Assembly: GCA_964606895.1 (NCBI GenBank)
Contig: CAZSHX010000003.1
Location: 11,921-75,920, forward strand
Direction of reading: 5' to 3'
Source of the DNA: an uncultured Hyphomicrobiales bacterium
GTDB taxonomy: Bacteria > Bacteroidota > Ignavibacteria > Kapaibacteriales > UBA2268
DNA length: 64,000 nucleotides
The notes beneath the pieces are model-generated. The model saw only the letters and a list, made by a program, of their open reading frames with translations. It searched no databases and was not told the DNA's origin. How positions within the stretch are numbered: the first letter of the stretch is position 1; the number at the start of each line of letters is the position of its first letter. Shown here in pieces: positions 60,801 through 64,000 of this stretch. The position numbers and the translations under genes were made by a program.

Positions 60801-61184
60801 AGTAATGAAGATATACAAAGAAAAGGCTTGAAAAAATTCTCAAACATATTATCTACAATCTCCTGGCTGATAAAGCATGGTTGATACCTCCATTTCGTCA
60901 GCAGTTACTATCAGTTTGTGATGCTCCGGGTTCTATACCGCCATTGGACAGCACCGAACAACAACCACAGTTTCGGCTACAACGGCATGGAAAAGGACGA
61001 CAAAGTGATTGGGCTGGGGAAATTGATTCAGGCATAATCGGATTAAAATGATGAATCATGAAAAGAAGTTGAATATTACCTCTTTTCCATAGCAATAATT
61101 AATCATGCTTTTCGTTTATATTTTGTGAGTTCTCGTTCTTTGACAGTTTGTCAACCTCACCCCGACATTCATGGAGAAGAGGTA

Positions 61185-61600
61185 AAAATTGCATCTTTGC
61201 ATCTTTTTCAGCACAAAGATGCAATTGACAAAAAGTCGTTATTTGAAATAATATCAATAGGTTAGATAATAATTGCATTGCATGTTTTTTTGAAAAAAAA
61301 TAAAAGTGCAAAGATGCAATGAAGGAAATCCGATTTCGCGTAGCGATTGAATATAGAACGAACATTTGCCGTCGTATTTATATTTAACCCCTGACGGGGT
61401 TAAGGATTTTTTTGGGTTCTATGTGTTACAGATATTCATTCCCTACGGGAATCGGAAGAATGAAAAACAACCATAAATTGCATCTTTTTGCATTCAAAGA
61501 TGCAATGGCTCAAAACTCGTTATTTGAAATAATATCAATAGGTTATGCGGTTTACTTACTGCATTTTCTTAAGTAAAAAAAAGATGCAATTTGGGGAAAA
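61185..61600. repeat. Two diverged units (~290 bp apart, 61190 and 61480) of the hairpin-plus-box structured repeat family, inside a ~1.07-kb gene-free region
   Basis: ttgcatctttgcatctttttcagcacaaagatgcaattgacaaaaagtcgttatttgaaataatatcaataggttag and ttgcatctttttgcattcaaagatgcaatggctcaaaactcgttatttgaaataatatcaataggttatg. Intervening palindromes aacccctgacggggtt and attccctacgggaat. Confidence 0.8.
61385..61414 (+). terminator. Strong terminator-like hairpin inside the repeat region
   Basis: ttaacccctgacggggttaa followed by ggattttttt. Confidence 0.5.
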
Positions 61601-61869
61601 TGAAGAAAAAAGAAGTGGTTAGACGCGTGTTTAATCAAGATTTAAAAATCCAACGCTTATACGATTTTCAATTCTAAATTCACAATTTCTCCTCTTTACC
61701 CTCTCCCTCGTCCTTCAGCCCTTGTGCGATAATAAGTTGAGATGTTTAGTTTCTTAGGCGTTTAGATGTTGAATGAATAAATAAATCTCCCAAAATTGAT
61801 TTTAGAATCAGCCAATCTATTAATCCAAAAAAAAAATTTCCAAAAATAAATATTTTTTTGGAAATTTAA

Positions 61870-62376
61870 TTGTTTTTTCATAATTTAGTTGTATATGCAA
61901 CTGTTGTATTACCAACTAATATTATTATGGACGAATTTCAAAATATGGATAAATCAATAGGCTTCCATCTGGGGCATACTTTCAGAATGGTTAAGTCTGT
62001 TATGAACAAAGTATTTCAGGAAAATGGTTACAATATCACTTCAGACCAATGGCAGATTCTGATGTGTCTTTGGGGCAAGGACGGCAAAACTCAGCAGGAA
62101 GTAACTCAATTTGTAACAAAAGAAAAAGCTACAGTAACAAGATTGATTGACGGGCTTGAAAAAAGGAATCTTTTCATTCGCGTTCAGGACAAAACCGACC
62201 GCAGAAAAAATCTGCTCTATCTGACCGACGAAGCTAAACAATTGAAAGACAAGCTGATGCCTATCGCTACAAAAACTTTGGATATTGCCGTTAAAGGATT
62301 TGAGGAATCCGAAATCGAAATGCTTAAATCATTGCTTATTCGTGTTCAGGAAAATCTAAAAGTTTTTGAAAAATAA
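61870..62376 (+). CDS. MarR family transcriptional regulator
   Basis: Winged-HTH MarR pattern (LTSDQWQILMCLW…QQEVTQFVTKEKATVTRLIDGLEKRNLFIRVQDKTDRRKNLLYLTDE). The likely start is the Met at ~61927. Confidence 0.8.
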   Translation: MFFHNLVVYATVVLPTNIIMDEFQNMDKSIGFHLGHTFRMVKSVMNKVFQENGYNITSDQWQILMCLWGKDGKTQQEVTQFVTKEKATVTRLIDGLEKRNLFIRVQDKTDRRKNLLYLTDEAKQLKDKLMPIATKTLDIAVKGFEESEIEMLKSLLIRVQENLKVFEK

Positions 62377-62447
62377 TGTTTTAAACTAAATATATCAATT
62401 CGAATAAAAATGAAAAATAAATTATCAATAAAATTTCAGGAGGTTGA

Positions 62448-63779
62448 ATGAGGAAAATTCAAAATCAAATGATTCTCATAATTTTATTCGTGACTCCATT
62501 AATACTTTCAGCCCAAGTCAGATTATTGACTTTGGATGAATGCATTAAAACAGGTCTCAACAACAGTAAAATTCTCAAAGTTTCAAAATCAAAAACTCAA
62601 GCGGCTGAATCCCGTCTCGACGAAGTGAATGCAGGTCGTCTTCCGTCATTAAAGTTTTCAGGCAGTTATTCCAGATTGAGCGAAGTGGACCCATTTTATG
62701 TGGAGATTAACGGACGGAAAATGTCTATTTCTCCTGTATTATTGAACAGCACCCAATTTCGTTTGACTCTTGCACAGCCAATTTTTACAGGTTTCAGGCT
62801 TGATGCAAATTCTGAAATGACAGGATATCTTCAAAAGGCAACCGAAGAAGATTACAAAAAGGATGTAGCTCAGCTAATATTGGACATTAAGAATAATTAT
62901 TGGTCACTCTATAATGCTCTTGAAGCTCAGAAGTCAATCACTGAATCCATTCAACAGCTGAAAGCTCACTTCACTGATTTGGAAAATATGTTCAATTCAG
63001 GTCTTGCAACAAAAAATGATGTTTTAAAAACCCGTGTTCAGCTATCCAATCTGGAATTAACCAAAATGGACATTGAAAATGGACTTCAAATGGCAATGAT
63101 GGCACTGAACAATACTATTGGGATACCCGTCACGACAGAAATTACAGTAAAACCCGAAATAAATTATCAGGAATCAACATTTCCTGAAAAAGATGATTTA
63201 ATCAAAAAAGCCTTAAATGAACGAAATGAAATAAAAGCTATGGAATTGAGAATCAAAGCAGGAGATGCAGGCGTGACCATGTCACAATCCGGATGGTATC
63301 CTCAGCTTTCATTCTCGGCAAATTATCTTCTTGCAAACCCTAACCAAAGAATAATGCCGTCCAAGAATGAATTTATGGGTACTTGGGATTTGAACCTGAA
63401 TCTTTCTATGGATTTGTGGAACTGGATGACCGTTTCTCATCAAACTGCACAGGCAAAAGCCACACTTGAGCAAAGCAAATATGGACTTGAACAAATCAGG
63501 GACGGTATTACACTCGAACTTTCGCAAAGCTATATGTCTTTGAAAAAATTTCGTGAAAAGATAGTATTTGCAGGCGAAACTATTAAGCAAGCTGAAGAAA
63601 ATTTTAGGGTAACCAATGAAAAATTCAAATCGGGAATTGCTATCAATTCTGACCTTCTTGATGCCGAAACGGCTTTGCTTGTTAGTAAAATCAACTATTC
63701 CACTTCAATAGCTGAATATGAGATTGCTATGGCAAAATTAGAAAAATCTTATGGAAAAAATGTCGAACAAATTAAATAA
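62448..63779 (+). CDS. TolC-family outer-membrane efflux protein
   Basis: Signal peptide. 443 aa. Two-repeat coiled-coil / beta-barrel OEP pattern. Lies between a MarR gene and a membrane-fusion-protein gene. Confidence 0.8.
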   Translation: MRKIQNQMILIILFVTPLILSAQVRLLTLDECIKTGLNNSKILKVSKSKTQAAESRLDEVNAGRLPSLKFSGSYSRLSEVDPFYVEINGRKMSISPVLLNSTQFRLTLAQPIFTGFRLDANSEMTGYLQKATEEDYKKDVAQLILDIKNNYWSLYNALEAQKSITESIQQLKAHFTDLENMFNSGLATKNDVLKTRVQLSNLELTKMDIENGLQMAMMALNNTIGIPVTTEITVKPEINYQESTFPEKDDLIKKALNERNEIKAMELRIKAGDAGVTMSQSGWYPQLSFSANYLLANPNQRIMPSKNEFMGTWDLNLNLSMDLWNWMTVSHQTAQAKATLEQSKYGLEQIRDGITLELSQSYMSLKKFREKIVFAGETIKQAEENFRVTNEKFKSGIAINSDLLDAETALLVSKINYSTSIAEYEIAMAKLEKSYGKNVEQIK

Positions 63780-63818
63780 TTCCGAAAATTAATAAAATTG
63801 AAATACAAAGGATAAATT

Positions 63819-64000
63819 ATGAAAAAGATATTAGTTATAGTTTTTGTTTTAGTGGTTGTTGGCGGTGTAGTTGCCATTCTATTTTCAAACAAAGCTAAGA
63901 ATGAAGCAAAAACAAAGGCAGGTTCTTTATTGAATTCTTATTCAGTAACCACCATGCCTACCGAGAAGAAACTTTTGGAAGAAAACCTTATTCTGACAGG
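63819..64000 (+). CDS. Efflux periplasmic adaptor (membrane fusion protein), 3'-partial
   Basis: ATG at 63819 with an upstream aaggat RBS. N-terminal TM anchor (MKKILVIVFVLVVVGGVVAILF). Open to the end of the window. Sits directly downstream of the TolC gene. Confidence 0.55.
   Translation, partial: MKKILVIVFVLVVVGGVVAILFSNKAKNEAKTKAGSLLNSYSVTTMPTEKKLLEENLILT

Noticed and set aside
60898-61365. 65-aa and 88-aa - strand ORFs in the gene-free region
   Set aside because: They overlap the structured repeat units, contain repeat-derived sequence and are low-complexity. The region is better explained as non-coding.

Overview
The window is low-GC, gene-dense chromosomal DNA from a Bacteroidota/Ignavibacteriota-like (FCB-group) bacterium. 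That placement rests on the many proteins ending in T9SS (Por) C-terminal sorting domains, a PorX-type regulator, FISUMP domains and lnt. The content is housekeeping genes (nuoAB, ligA, pgk, ruvA, lnt, a Cys/Met PLP enzyme), a protease-rich set (S8 subtilisin, three M16 proteins, an M1 aminopeptidase, an HExxH metalloprotease), many large secreted BNR/beta-propeller T9SS cargo proteins, and a MarR–TolC–MFP efflux locus at the 3' end. I found no CRISPR array, rRNA or tRNA, and no recognisable defence operon. The features that stand out are non-coding: (i) a family of structured repeats built from a TTGCATCTTT…AAAGATGCAA hairpin plus a GTTATTTGAAATAATATCAAYAGG box, present as a ~346-bp tandem array (24.7–25.5 kb), as a second diverged pair inside a 1-kb gene-free stretch upstream of marR (61.2–61.6 kb), and as single degenerate copies, and whose internal palindromes differ between copies in a way that keeps the pairing, which suggests a structured RNA or cruciform element; (ii) two identical 854-bp IS5-like insertion sequences flanking a 16.7-kb segment; (iii) a MITE-like palindromic element family; (iv) several operons of unknown function, namely GT2 – hyper-acidic protein – unknown – MscS, a 16-Cys secreted protein, and a three-gene secreted/outer-membrane cluster. 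All calls are from reading the sequence; no database searches were run.
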